Part shown: positions 19,315-28,178 of the stretch, one piece after another
How positions within the stretch are numbered: position 1 is the first letter of the stretch
Layout: every line of letters starts with the position of its first letter
IMG/VR virus record: IMGVR_UViG_3300020576_004352
Location: 1 to 64,000 of that record
Reading direction: 5' to 3' (one strand)
Length of the DNA stretch: 64,000 nucleotides
From: a virus
Lineage: Duplodnaviria > Caudoviricetes
The notes under the pieces: generated by a model
What the model was told of the DNA's origin: nothing
Seen by the model: only the letters and a program-made list of their open reading frames with translations
The model's database searches: none
Translations under genes and position numbers: made by a program

Positions 19315-19674
19315 ATGAGCAACGAGAAGCTGGAGAAACAGAAGCGTCTACGTGATCTAATGCATAAGGAAATACCACAGGCCCGGCAACAGGTGTCCAT
19401 ATCACAGCGTGGTCTTGCTGACCTCGAGCGGGAGGGACGCCAGCTGAGTATCGAGTTGGAGAGCGGCGGAGCCAGCGGGGAGGTGCGTGTATCAGACCAT
19501 GCGGTGCTGCGATATATTGAGCGCGTGCTGAAGTTTGATATAGATGCCGTCCGCAGGCAGATACTCACCCCGGAGCGGATTGGCTACATCAAGGCGGGCG
19601 CGTGTAGGATAAACGTGGACGGCACCACCTTTGTGGTCAGGGACAAGACCATAGTAACGACGCTGGATCGGTAG
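19315..19674 (+). CDS. hypothetical protein with VSDHAVLRYIER motif
   Basis: Coiled-coil N-terminus plus a C-terminal motif recurrent in phage proteins. Confidence 0.65.
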   Translation: MSNEKLEKQKRLRDLMHKEIPQARQQVSISQRGLADLEREGRQLSIELESGGASGEVRVSDHAVLRYIERVLKFDIDAVRRQILTPERIGYIKAGACRINVDGTTFVVRDKTIVTTLDR

Positions 19675-19739
19675 GCTGCAATACCCTACTTGACACAGGA
19701 AATGAAATGGGGTAGTCCTGCCATATCGGAGGATATCCT

Positions 19740-19925
19740 ATGTTGGCAGGCTACCATCTCACCATGAAATTCCAGAAGAACGAAGAGCTTGAAGAGTGCA
19801 GCTTCACCTGCGCCACTCAGCGTCAGGCAGACGAGCGACAGCTCAACGAGTTGATAGTGCATGAGCAGCTCGGCTTTATATGTGTGGAGGCCAAGCTGGC
19901 CCGTGACCGGTCAAGAGGAGCTTGA
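19740..19925 (+). CDS. small hypothetical protein
   Basis: GGAGG RBS; weak promoter-like TTGACA at 19690. Confidence 0.5.
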   Translation: MLAGYHLTMKFQKNEELEECSFTCATQRQADERQLNELIVHEQLGFICVEAKLARDRSRGA

Positions 19926-20078
19926 CAAATGGGCATAACTACGGTATAGTAACAGAATAGAAAGCCGCATAGGCCACTGAAGCACTCGACAGCGCGTGGA
20001 TTAACCTCCCCCCAAAGTCTCCAGCGGTGCTTTACGTGAGGCCAGAGGACGCCAACATCCTCTGGCCTTTTCTCTTTT
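19922..20078 (+). ncRNA. candidate ~120-nt small RNA with own promoter and terminator
   Basis: TTGACA-17-TATAGT (19922-19950), no ORF, CU-rich ACCTCCCCCCAAAGTCTCCAG core, terminator 20039-20078. Confidence 0.6.
20039..20078 (+). terminator. intrinsic terminator
   Basis: AGGCCAGAGGA/TCCTCTGGCCT 11-bp stem plus TTTCTCTTTT. Confidence 0.85.
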
Positions 20079-20084
20079 CTGCGC

Positions 20085-20113
20085 TTGACAAATAAACTGT
20101 TATATGCTAATAA
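20085..20113 (+). promoter_or_regulatory. promoter, conserved-spacer family
   Basis: TTGACA-AATAAACTGTTATATGC-TAATAA. Confidence 0.7.
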
Positions 20114-20134
20114 ACCCGCGTTGGGGACTGGCGC

Positions 20135-20650
20135 ATGAGCTGTATTATCTACCTACCACGCAATTTCTCTGCACTTGTCTCTGTTGACGATTTTAAGCGG
20201 CTCTCTGCCGTGAAGTGGGGTGTGAACCTAGACCGGGCCAAGAAGGCATATGCATGCAGGAAGGTGAGCGGCAAACGCATTTATATGCACCGCGAGATTA
20301 CCAACTGCCCGCCCGGACTGGTGGTTGACCACATCAATGGAGACACGCTCGATAACCGCCGCACCAATCTTCGCATATGTACCGAGCGGCAAAACCTCTA
20401 TAACTGCCTGACAAACAATCTGTCCGGTTATAAAGGGGTAGGGCTGATAGGCACTGGCGGATATCGAGCCCGGATACAGCATCACGAGTACGGAGAGATA
20501 TACCTTGGACGTTATGAGAACCTACAGGACGCAGCGGATGCCTATGACAGAGCTGCGATTTTGTTGTGGGGCGAGTATGCTTGGTTAAACTGCCCTTTGC
20601 TGAGAGAGGAAAAGATACATGAGCCAGAACCCGAAATCCCCTTCCCCTAA
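20135..20650 (+). CDS. HNH homing endonuclease with AP2 domain
   Basis: YMHREI, VDHINGD.LDNRR.NLR, SGYKGV, YLG.Y...AA.AYD.AA. Confidence 0.92.
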   Translation: MSCIIYLPRNFSALVSVDDFKRLSAVKWGVNLDRAKKAYACRKVSGKRIYMHREITNCPPGLVVDHINGDTLDNRRTNLRICTERQNLYNCLTNNLSGYKGVGLIGTGGYRARIQHHEYGEIYLGRYENLQDAADAYDRAAILLWGEYAWLNCPLLREEKIHEPEPEIPFP

Positions 20651-21224
20651 ACCGGTGCGTCGGAACATCGATCTGGATACGGAGGTGGATGTTGAGACGT
20701 ATGGCCGGGCCAGCCGGGCAGACCTGATCCATCAGCTTAAAGAGACAAAGGCACTGCTGGCCAACATGGTCGGAGAGATGCGCGTGCAGGAAAACCGCAT
20801 GAACGAATGTGTGCGGATCGTATCTCATACCTACGAGATGATTTATGGCACGGTGGCGGAATATGCCGCGACGGTCTGGTGGAACGAGCGGGTTAACAAG
20901 AACGTCCATTATCTGCCGCCCGCATGGTTTGCCTCACGGGTGCAGAAATTTAGTGAGATGCTATTTGAGACATACGATCTTAAAGGCCTCTCCATGCGTC
21001 CGCCTCCTCGCGAGCTGGCCGGGAATATGTTTATCGCAGACGAACCTTTGAACCCCGGTTCAAAACTCTATCAAGCCATGTGCAGTTACAATGGGGAGAT
21101 CAACAAACAAAGGATACAGGCTGCCTTCATAGATATGATGCAAGCTGTACCCTTGCCGGACACCCACAAACAAGAATTTTTAAACGAGGTGGTAGAGCAT
21201 GCCGATGCGAAAACAGCGGGTTAG
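20619..21224 (+). CDS. hypothetical protein
   Basis: 201-aa ORF with GAGG RBS. Confidence 0.6.
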   Translation: MSQNPKSPSPKPVRRNIDLDTEVDVETYGRASRADLIHQLKETKALLANMVGEMRVQENRMNECVRIVSHTYEMIYGTVAEYAATVWWNERVNKNVHYLPPAWFASRVQKFSEMLFETYDLKGLSMRPPPRELAGNMFIADEPLNPGSKLYQAMCSYNGEINKQRIQAAFIDMMQAVPLPDTHKQEFLNEVVEHADAKTAG

Positions 21225-21762
21225 GCGACCCACCAAGCAGCTGCACCTTGCGGAGGATATCGTCCACATATTCACGGACGGCTCCTCAAGCCGTGTGGAT
21301 CGGGGCGGCAAGGGGCCGGGAGGCTGGGGAGCCGTGCTGCTATACAATCAGCACTACAAGGAGCTGCACGGGGGCAGCGGGCAGACCACAAACAACGAGA
21401 TGGAGCTCATGGGTATCTACAAGGGCTTGGAGGCCCTGAAGACCAAAGACAAGCGAGTGGTGGTTTACTCTGACAGTAAATACGCGATCAACGCAGTATC
21501 CATATGGTGGCGCGGATGGGAGCGCAGAGGGTGGCGCACAGCGGATGGCAGCCCGGTCAAGAACCTAGAGCTTATCAAAAAGATCATTGGCCTTGTGCAC
21601 AGTCAGGTAAGTTTCAGGTGGGTGAAGGGGCACATCGGTTTACAGCATAACGAGCGGGCAGACGTTCTCGCAGGAAAAGGGAAACGACAGCATGGCAAAA
21701 GTCACTGTAAAAGAGCTGCACAGGATGCCGGAGAGCAGCAGCCTGATATCTATCACCTTTGA
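21199..21762 (+). CDS. rnhA: ribonuclease HI
   Basis: FTDGS, GPGGWG, TTNNEMEL, SDSKY, WVKGH, NERAD. Confidence 0.93.
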   Translation: MPMRKQRVRRPTKQLHLAEDIVHIFTDGSSSRVDRGGKGPGGWGAVLLYNQHYKELHGGSGQTTNNEMELMGIYKGLEALKTKDKRVVVYSDSKYAINAVSIWWRGWERRGWRTADGSPVKNLELIKKIIGLVHSQVSFRWVKGHIGLQHNERADVLAGKGKRQHGKSHCKRAAQDAGEQQPDIYHL

Positions 21763-21892
21763 GGGACGAGAGGTACAGCTAAACCTCACGCAGGCCCGTG
21801 ATCTTGCCATACAGGTTATGGATGCGATGCATAATCTGGTGCTGAGAAACAAGGGTTCATCCCGCAGGGTGCGGGTGAAAAAAGCAGAATAG
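21692..21892 (+). CDS. small hypothetical protein
   Basis: ORF overlapping the rnhA 3' end. Confidence 0.5.
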   Translation: MAKVTVKELHRMPESSSLISITFEGREVQLNLTQARDLAIQVMDAMHNLVLRNKGSSRRVRVKKAE

Positions 21893-21958
21893 ACTAAACT
21901 CGCAATTTAGTGGTAGGATTTACTCTATTGGCCCTGACAAGGTGGTAGGAGTATTTTC

Positions 21959-24778
21959 ATGCCTGTACGTGAGCGCACCCGCAAGATCAATCTTTCAGAT
22001 GAAGAGCCCGTGCGGGTAAGCCGCCGTAGGTCGGCCCGTGTTACTCTTTTTGGGGGCGTGGCAAAGGCTTCTGATAAAGAGGACAGCCCCCTTTACGCAG
22101 CCCTGAAGACGTATGAGAGTACGCAGATTGCCGATCCGTTCAGCCAAAGCTATCAGGTGAGCTCTCCGCTGGGCGTCAACAGCGTGATTGCACCCCCCTT
22201 CAATCCCTACGCCCTTATGCGCCTGCCCAACGAGAACAACACCCTCCGCCAGTGCATTGATGCGATGGTTATCAATATCGAAGCAATGGGGCACCGCTTT
22301 GAGTATGTGGGCCCGGAGGGCGGTGAAGAGAGCAAGGAGGCTCAGGCGGAGCTTACCCGACTTGAGGCCCTGACAGCGCAGCCCAACGGCGAATATGGCC
22401 TGCTTGAGTTTCGGGAGCGCGTGCGTCGTGATCTTGAGACGTTTGGATATCGCTACATTGAGATTTGCCGGGGCACATTCAATCGTCAGATCGTTTCGAT
22501 CTACCATGTTCCTGCGCACAGCATGCGCTTGACCGGCATGGATAATGAGGAGACAGAGGTTTCGATCTGGCTGCCTCGCGACGGCAAGATGGTTATGCAG
22601 AAGATCAAGCGCCGCTTTCGCCGGTACGTGCAGGAGGTCGGATCGCACCGCACCTACTTTAAGGAGTACGGCGATCCCCGCCCGATCAGCTCAAAGACGG
22701 GACAGATAACTCCCGGAGCCGCTGCGGAGGATATGGCCACTGAAATCCACTTTGGCACGCTCTACACCCCCGGCAATCTGTATGGGCTGCCACGCTGGAT
22801 TAACCAGCTCCCCGCCGTGCTGGGCAGCCGTGAAAGCGAAATGACCAACTTGAGCTTCTTCCGGGATAATGCCATTCCGGCTATGGCTATCATGGTATCG
22901 GGCGGGCATTTGACTGCGGACAGCATTGACGAGATTGAAGAGCATATCAACGCGGTGCGTGGTCGCCAGTCTTCACATCGCGTCATGGTGCTCGAGGCCG
23001 AAGGGTCTGAGAAGGCAGCTGGCCCGGACAAATCAATCTCAGCCCCCAAGGTAGAGATGAAGTCGATGCTGCATGACCGGCAGAACGACGCCCTATTCCA
23101 AGAGTACGATAAGAACAACCAGACGAAGGTGCGATCTTCTTTCCGTATCCCCCCGATCTTCATTGGTCGCAGCGAGGACATGACTTACGCATGCTATGAC
23201 GATAAAACGGAGGTTTTGACTAATAAGGGCTGGCAACGGTATGACCAGTTTAAGAAGGGTACTAAAGTAGCGGCATATGACCAATCTACTGGAGAGGTTA
23301 AGTTTGAAGTACCCGAGAACGGGAAGCCATTCATCTATGACTTTAAAGGTGAGTTATTCCGTATCAAGAACGGTAATAATGATATGGCGGTTACACCGGG
23401 ACACCGGATGTTATTTGCCAACTACTACCGTGACAACTGGCGGGTAGAGACAGTAGAGCATATGGTGCAAAGCCGTATGGCTGTGAAGAACACCGCTACT
23501 TTTGAGAGCAAGGAGCCTCTTATCTCTTTCGAGCCTCCGCATGAATTACTGAAAGGTGGAACACTAGCTCCCACACAGGCTAAGGTGGCCCCGGTTAGCG
23601 CGGACTTATTCCTTCAGTTTCTCGGTCTATTTGTCTCAGAGGGTTGTACAATACAGGATGCTCAGGGGTGCAGAACCACTGAGATTGTTATCGGCCAGCT
23701 TCGTGGGGATAAAAAAGCCAAGGGCGATGTTCTGGAACAGATTACTGCGTGTATGCAGGAATTTGAGAAGGCCGGATATACCGTGCGGTATAATTACCCT
23801 CAATCGCCCCCCACAAAGCCGGATATGGTTTATCACACTATCCGACATAAGGGTTTTAGAAACTGGCTAAGAAAAAATACTGGTACACATGCCATAAATA
23901 AGCGACTGCCTAATGAAGTTATGCACCTGCCGAATGGCCAGATGCGTGTACTCTTTGACGCGCTTATGGCGGGAGACGGAACCTATGATATTCGTCAAGG
24001 CCGTACCAGCATGTCTTACTCAACACAGTCAGAGGTACTGGCTGGGCAGGTGCAGGAAATCGCGCTACGCTTGGGTTACACTGCTAAGATAATTGAAGGG
24101 ACACGTTGCTTACGTGTTCAAATGAGTGAAGGCAGAGACCGTGTTCGCGTTCTTAAGACAGATATAACGCGGGAACCTTACACGGGTAAGGTATGGTGTT
24201 TCCGGGTATCGACAGGATTATTTGTCACCCGCCGTAACGGGTATGTGGCTATCCAAGGAAACACGGCGGAGGCGTCGCTCACTATGGCAGAGGCGCAGGT
24301 GTTCGGCCCGGAGCGTAATAAAATTGATGACCTGTTCAATCAGGTGGTTCTCTCGGACGTTGAAGGCCGGATGCCGATCTACTGGAAATTCCGGTCTAAC
24401 CCGCCCCGCGTATCAAATCCCAAGGACGTGCTCGATGCCCTTAAAACGCTGGATGCGCTGGGTGCCCTGACGCCCAATGTGGCGATTGGCATCGCTAACG
24501 AGATGTTTGATCTCAACATCGAGACGGTCAAAGAGGACTGGGGCGATTTCCCATTCGAGATCGTGAAGATGCTGGCGCAGAAGGGGCAGCTCAAGGGGCT
24601 CGATAGCCTTATCGCAGCCTCCACAGACGCGCTGGACGCGCAGGGGGACACTGCTCCTGCAGACACACAGGTTGACCCGGCCACGGGTGAGGAGATCAAA
24701 GGTCTTGTGAAGCAGGCATTGAACGGGCTGAAGGGGAAGAATAACAATGTGCGTAAAGTGTCAAAAACTCGCAAGTGA
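21959..24778 (+). CDS. portal protein (PBSX-like) interrupted by an intein
   Basis: Y.EI.R...HVPA..MR, YGLPRW, FFRDNAIPAM.I.VSGG, FRIPPIFIG; position between terminase and head genes. Confidence 0.88.
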   Translation: MPVRERTRKINLSDEEPVRVSRRRSARVTLFGGVAKASDKEDSPLYAALKTYESTQIADPFSQSYQVSSPLGVNSVIAPPFNPYALMRLPNENNTLRQCIDAMVINIEAMGHRFEYVGPEGGEESKEAQAELTRLEALTAQPNGEYGLLEFRERVRRDLETFGYRYIEICRGTFNRQIVSIYHVPAHSMRLTGMDNEETEVSIWLPRDGKMVMQKIKRRFRRYVQEVGSHRTYFKEYGDPRPISSKTGQITPGAAAEDMATEIHFGTLYTPGNLYGLPRWINQLPAVLGSRESEMTNLSFFRDNAIPAMAIMVSGGHLTADSIDEIEEHINAVRGRQSSHRVMVLEAEGSEKAAGPDKSISAPKVEMKSMLHDRQNDALFQEYDKNNQTKVRSSFRIPPIFIGRSEDMTYACYDDKTEVLTNKGWQRYDQFKKGTKVAAYDQSTGEVKFEVPENGKPFIYDFKGELFRIKNGNNDMAVTPGHRMLFANYYRDNWRVETVEHMVQSRMAVKNTATFESKEPLISFEPPHELLKGGTLAPTQAKVAPVSADLFLQFLGLFVSEGCTIQDAQGCRTTEIVIGQLRGDKKAKGDVLEQITACMQEFEKAGYTVRYNYPQSPPTKPDMVYHTIRHKGFRNWLRKNTGTHAINKRLPNEVMHLPNGQMRVLFDALMAGDGTYDIRQGRTSMSYSTQSEVLAGQVQEIALRLGYTAKIIEGTRCLRVQMSEGRDRVRVLKTDITREPYTGKVWCFRVSTGLFVTRRNGYVAIQGNTAEASLTMAEAQVFGPERNKIDDLFNQVVLSDVEGRMPIYWKFRSNPPRVSNPKDVLDALKTLDALGALTPNVAIGIANEMFDLNIETVKEDWGDFPFEIVKMLAQKGQLKGLDSLIAASTDALDAQGDTAPADTQVDPATGEEIKGLVKQALNGLKGKNNNVRKVSKTRK
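23192..24262 (+). mobile_element. 357-aa intein with LAGLIDADG-type endonuclease
   Basis: YA|CYDDKTEVLT...FVTRRNG..IQGN|T; LGLFVSEG and FDALMAGDG blocks; lower GC than flanks. Confidence 0.9.
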
Positions 24779-25709
24779 CCTGCCGCAGCATGCTGATGCC
24801 CCGGATGCTTTTCAGCAGCTCATAGACAAAGGCAATCAGCTTCAGCAGCTATCTCCTGAGGCTCTCAGGAAGGCCGTGGCCAACGACCCGCAGGAAGAGA
24901 GTGGAGGCGAGGACTTTCTTCCCTACGAGCTGCTGCTGGCTGGGCTCTTGGGGCTGGCCTTCAAGAATGTGGGAGAAGAGGTCTTGCCGCAGATGTATGC
25001 GGAGCTTGATGCTCGTGGTATTCGCGGCCTTGGTAAGGCTATTGAAGAAGTCACTCCTGAATTCAGCAATGTGTTTACCCACGCGGATACTGAAGCCAAG
25101 GTCACCAGTGCGATTGAAGGTTCCATCGTTGCGGGATCAGCAATGGCAGGAGACGCAAAACTGGCAGGGGAGCTTTTCCGTGCCAAGGCCATTCTTGAGG
25201 ACATGGTGCAGGCATCCAAGTATTACACCAACACCTACTTTAACCGGATGGTGGTGCCCCAGCTTCAATCCATTGTGCAGGAAGCACTCCTGACCGGCCA
25301 GTTGGATAGCACCACGTATCAGGCAATCCGCGAAGCAATGTCAAACCGCCTAAAGAGCGTGCCCTACTGGCGCGTAGTGGCCAACGCGGCAGCCAGCCGT
25401 GGATATCACTACGGAGCTATCCGGGCCGGGCAGGCACTGGGCAGGAGGGGTTATCAAATCTTGGCTGTGCTGGATAGCCGGACTTCCGATATATGCCTCT
25501 TTATGAACGGGAAGCAGTTCTGGGTGGCGGATGCTGCTATACAGGTCACTCGAGCTGCTGAGGCGGAAGGCGAAGACATAAAAAGTGTCGCACCGTGGCT
25601 GCCCATAGAGGACATTCAAGACTTAACAAATGATGAGCTGCGGCAGCGAGGATTTATAATCCCTCCTCTGCATCCTAACTGCCGCTCGACTATCAAATTC
25701 ATAGACTGA
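24747..25709 (+). CDS. minor head protein, MuF-like
   Basis: AVLDSRTS.IC...NGK and C-terminal PPLHPNCRS. Confidence 0.85.
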   Translation: MCVKCQKLASDLPQHADAPDAFQQLIDKGNQLQQLSPEALRKAVANDPQEESGGEDFLPYELLLAGLLGLAFKNVGEEVLPQMYAELDARGIRGLGKAIEEVTPEFSNVFTHADTEAKVTSAIEGSIVAGSAMAGDAKLAGELFRAKAILEDMVQASKYYTNTYFNRMVVPQLQSIVQEALLTGQLDSTTYQAIREAMSNRLKSVPYWRVVANAAASRGYHYGAIRAGQALGRRGYQILAVLDSRTSDICLFMNGKQFWVADAAIQVTRAAEAEGEDIKSVAPWLPIEDIQDLTNDELRQRGFIIPPLHPNCRSTIKFID

Positions 25710-25723
25710 CCGGGGACAGAAGA

Positions 25724-26116
25724 ATGGGCGTTAAGCTTAGGGAATATCGCAACGATAACGGCTCCGAGGTTGGGTACAGCTTCAAGTGCCCCGGCTGTAA
25801 GCATACGCATGTAGTGCCCGTGGTGCGGCCTTATCCTGCCTCAGGCTGGCAGTTTAATGGGAACATGGAAGCTCCTACTTTTAGCCCGAGCATTCTTGCC
25901 CGCAGCGGGCATTACTGCACAGGTAAGAAGGCAGAGGGCTGTTACAACTGCGCGGAGAACGCAGCACACCCGGAAGAGGCAGAAGGGTTTGACTGCATGA
26001 TCTGTCATTCGTTTGTAACGGATGGGCGGATACAGTTCTTGAGCGACTGCACTCACGCTCTTGCAGGACAGACAGTCGATCTGCTGGACATGGCCCCCGA
26101 GGCGTCGAATGAATAA
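25724..26116 (+). CDS. DUF6527-like Cys/His metal-binding protein
   Basis: CPGC..H, W.FNG...PTFSPSIL, CHSFV.DG.I.F..DC.H.LAG. Confidence 0.7.
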   Translation: MGVKLREYRNDNGSEVGYSFKCPGCKHTHVVPVVRPYPASGWQFNGNMEAPTFSPSILARSGHYCTGKKAEGCYNCAENAAHPEEAEGFDCMICHSFVTDGRIQFLSDCTHALAGQTVDLLDMAPEASNE

Positions 26117-26179
26117 CTCTTGTTGTTTCTGTAAAACGAGTTTATTTTAGTAGAAAATGAACCGGGGTTCAAACCGACC

Positions 26180-26782
26180 ATGAAGCGCATTCACAAAGAA
26201 GATCAAAATCAGCACTTTGTCCGCATCAAGAAACTTGATGACGAGAAGCGCATCTGCTTTGGGGAAGTCTATGCGCCTTATGTGCTGGACAGCCACGGTG
26301 ATTTCATGGCCCCCGAAGACATTGAGGCAATGGCGCATCGCTTTATGCAGCTGAGCAATGTCAGTCGATCCATTGATACCAATCACAACAACCAGAGCAA
26401 TGGCAGCTATCCAATCGAGAGCTTTGTTGCCCGTGAAGGTGACCCCGATTACACGCCCGGTGCGTGGGTGCTGGGTGTAAAGGTTCCCGATGATGCCGTG
26501 TGGCAGGCCATTAAAAGAGGCGATCTGAACGGCTATTCCTTTGAGGCTCTGGTTTACAAGGTGGCCGTTATTGTCAGCGTGGACACGACGCCCGACTGCG
26601 TGGGCCAGACCGAGGATAACGAAGGACACAGCCACTTCTTTTATGTTAAGCTTGCGCTGGATGGGAAAGTTGAGGGCGGCATGACTTCGGAAGACGAAGG
26701 TCACTCCCATTTAATCAAGCGGGGCACGGCCACTGAGAAGAGCAATAATCACTCGCACCGTATAATCATCACAGGAGAATAA
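26180..26782 (+). CDS. prohead protease (XkdF-like) with His-repeat tail
   Basis: GEVYAP..LDSHGD, ESFVA, GAWVLG, G.LNGYS; C-terminal GHSH, GHSH, HSH. Confidence 0.85.
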   Translation: MKRIHKEDQNQHFVRIKKLDDEKRICFGEVYAPYVLDSHGDFMAPEDIEAMAHRFMQLSNVSRSIDTNHNNQSNGSYPIESFVAREGDPDYTPGAWVLGVKVPDDAVWQAIKRGDLNGYSFEALVYKVAVIVSVDTTPDCVGQTEDNEGHSHFFYVKLALDGKVEGGMTSEDEGHSHLIKRGTATEKSNNHSHRIIITGE

Positions 26783-26783
26783 C

Positions 26784-28115
26784 ATGAAGCGTGTTGTCAC
26801 TTCCGTTTCTCGTATCGCAAATCAACTCATCGACCCTACCCCTGAGTTCGTATCGCTGGTGGGACATGGCGCGAACCAGACACCCTTCAACGTGGTGAAA
26901 AGTGAAATTTGTGACTTCCGTAGTATTGACAACGACGGCAAACGAGGTCAGACAGACCTTAAGAGCGTCGCCAAGGCGCGTGCATTAAACGAGGAAGATA
27001 TGCCGTCACAGGCCGAAATCCATAAGGTTACACTCAGCAAATCTCGCTTTGCCAGTGATACGGACGCCAAGGCATATCTTGAAGTCAAGGGCTACACGGA
27101 CTTTACTCTGGAAGCCTCGGACACTGAATTTACGGTTGCCGCCAAATCAGCAGACAGCTTTGCGGGCGAGATTAAGCCCATTGCTATTGAAGAGGGTGTA
27201 ACCTTCTATGTTGGTCAACTTGCAGAAAGCGCAGAAGGACTTGAAATGAGCAAAACCACAAAAGCCGCCAAAACCGAGGCCGTGTCTGTTTTCAAGTGCG
27301 GCGATCTGACTGCCGATGCGCTGGTAAAGAAGTACGACTACTGGGCTTCCAGTCTGTCGAGCGGAAAAACCATTCAGGAAGTCATGGCTGATGCAGCCGA
27401 TGGCGGCTTCCCCGGTATGTACGAGCTGAATGATGCGTTCTGGTATGCGCTTTACAACTGTGTGCGTGATGGCGACAAGGCAGGTATCACCACGCTTTGC
27501 GCTGAGTTCGGCCAGCTTATCGTGAAAGTCCTCGCGGCGTTTGAGAGCGCAGGCACTAGCTCAACTGCCATGAAGGAGGCATTTATGACCAAGCCAAAGA
27601 CTGAAGACACCAAGAAGTCTGATACTCCCGAAGCCGTAGTTCCTGCCGCTGAGGCGGCTGCTACCGATGTATCCCCCGCTGCTGCGGAAGGGGATGCTTC
27701 GGCTGCTGTAGAGGCTCCTGTTGAAGCCGCAGCCCCGGTAGAAGCTGGGCAGGCCGACACCAAACAGAAGGGCGCTGATAAAGTTGCACCGCCCGTAACA
27801 GATATTGCTGCTCTGATCGCCAAGGCGGTCACTGACGCAGTTAGTCCCCTGAACGACAGCATCAAGGCAGTTACTGCCCAAGTTGCCGAAATTCAGAAGG
27901 GCACAAGCGAAGGCTTGGCAGACCTCACTGCGAAGGTCAGCAAGGCCGGTGAGAGGGTAGCAGAGCTGGAAACGGCGCGGCAGACCCGTAAGAGCGCGGA
28001 TGACGAAGGCGTCGTACCCGGAACTCAGGTGACTGAAAAGAAGAGCGAAGATCGCATCCGCAAGGTCGACGATCACCTCTTCCAGATGTCGCTTGGTATG
28101 CGCGGCACGCTGTAG
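26784..28115 (+). CDS. scaffolding-like protein with probable internal starts
   Basis: PEFVSLV.HGAN..PF N-terminus, Ala/Glu-rich linker, coiled-coil C-terminus; lies between protease and capsid. Confidence 0.7.
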   Translation: MKRVVTSVSRIANQLIDPTPEFVSLVGHGANQTPFNVVKSEICDFRSIDNDGKRGQTDLKSVAKARALNEEDMPSQAEIHKVTLSKSRFASDTDAKAYLEVKGYTDFTLEASDTEFTVAAKSADSFAGEIKPIAIEEGVTFYVGQLAESAEGLEMSKTTKAAKTEAVSVFKCGDLTADALVKKYDYWASSLSSGKTIQEVMADAADGGFPGMYELNDAFWYALYNCVRDGDKAGITTLCAEFGQLIVKVLAAFESAGTSSTAMKEAFMTKPKTEDTKKSDTPEAVVPAAEAAATDVSPAAAEGDASAAVEAPVEAAAPVEAGQADTKQKGADKVAPPVTDIAALIAKAVTDAVSPLNDSIKAVTAQVAEIQKGTSEGLADLTAKVSKAGERVAELETARQTRKSADDEGVVPGTQVTEKKSEDRIRKVDDHLFQMSLGMRGTL

Positions 28116-28178
28116 TAGCGGCACTCAAAACACGGGGTATCCCGGAAACCAACCAACTGTCCTTAAAGGGGTAATAAA

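Noticed and set aside
19690-19718. Member of the conserved-spacer promoter family
   Set aside because: TTGACA is present, but the spacer and -10 do not match.
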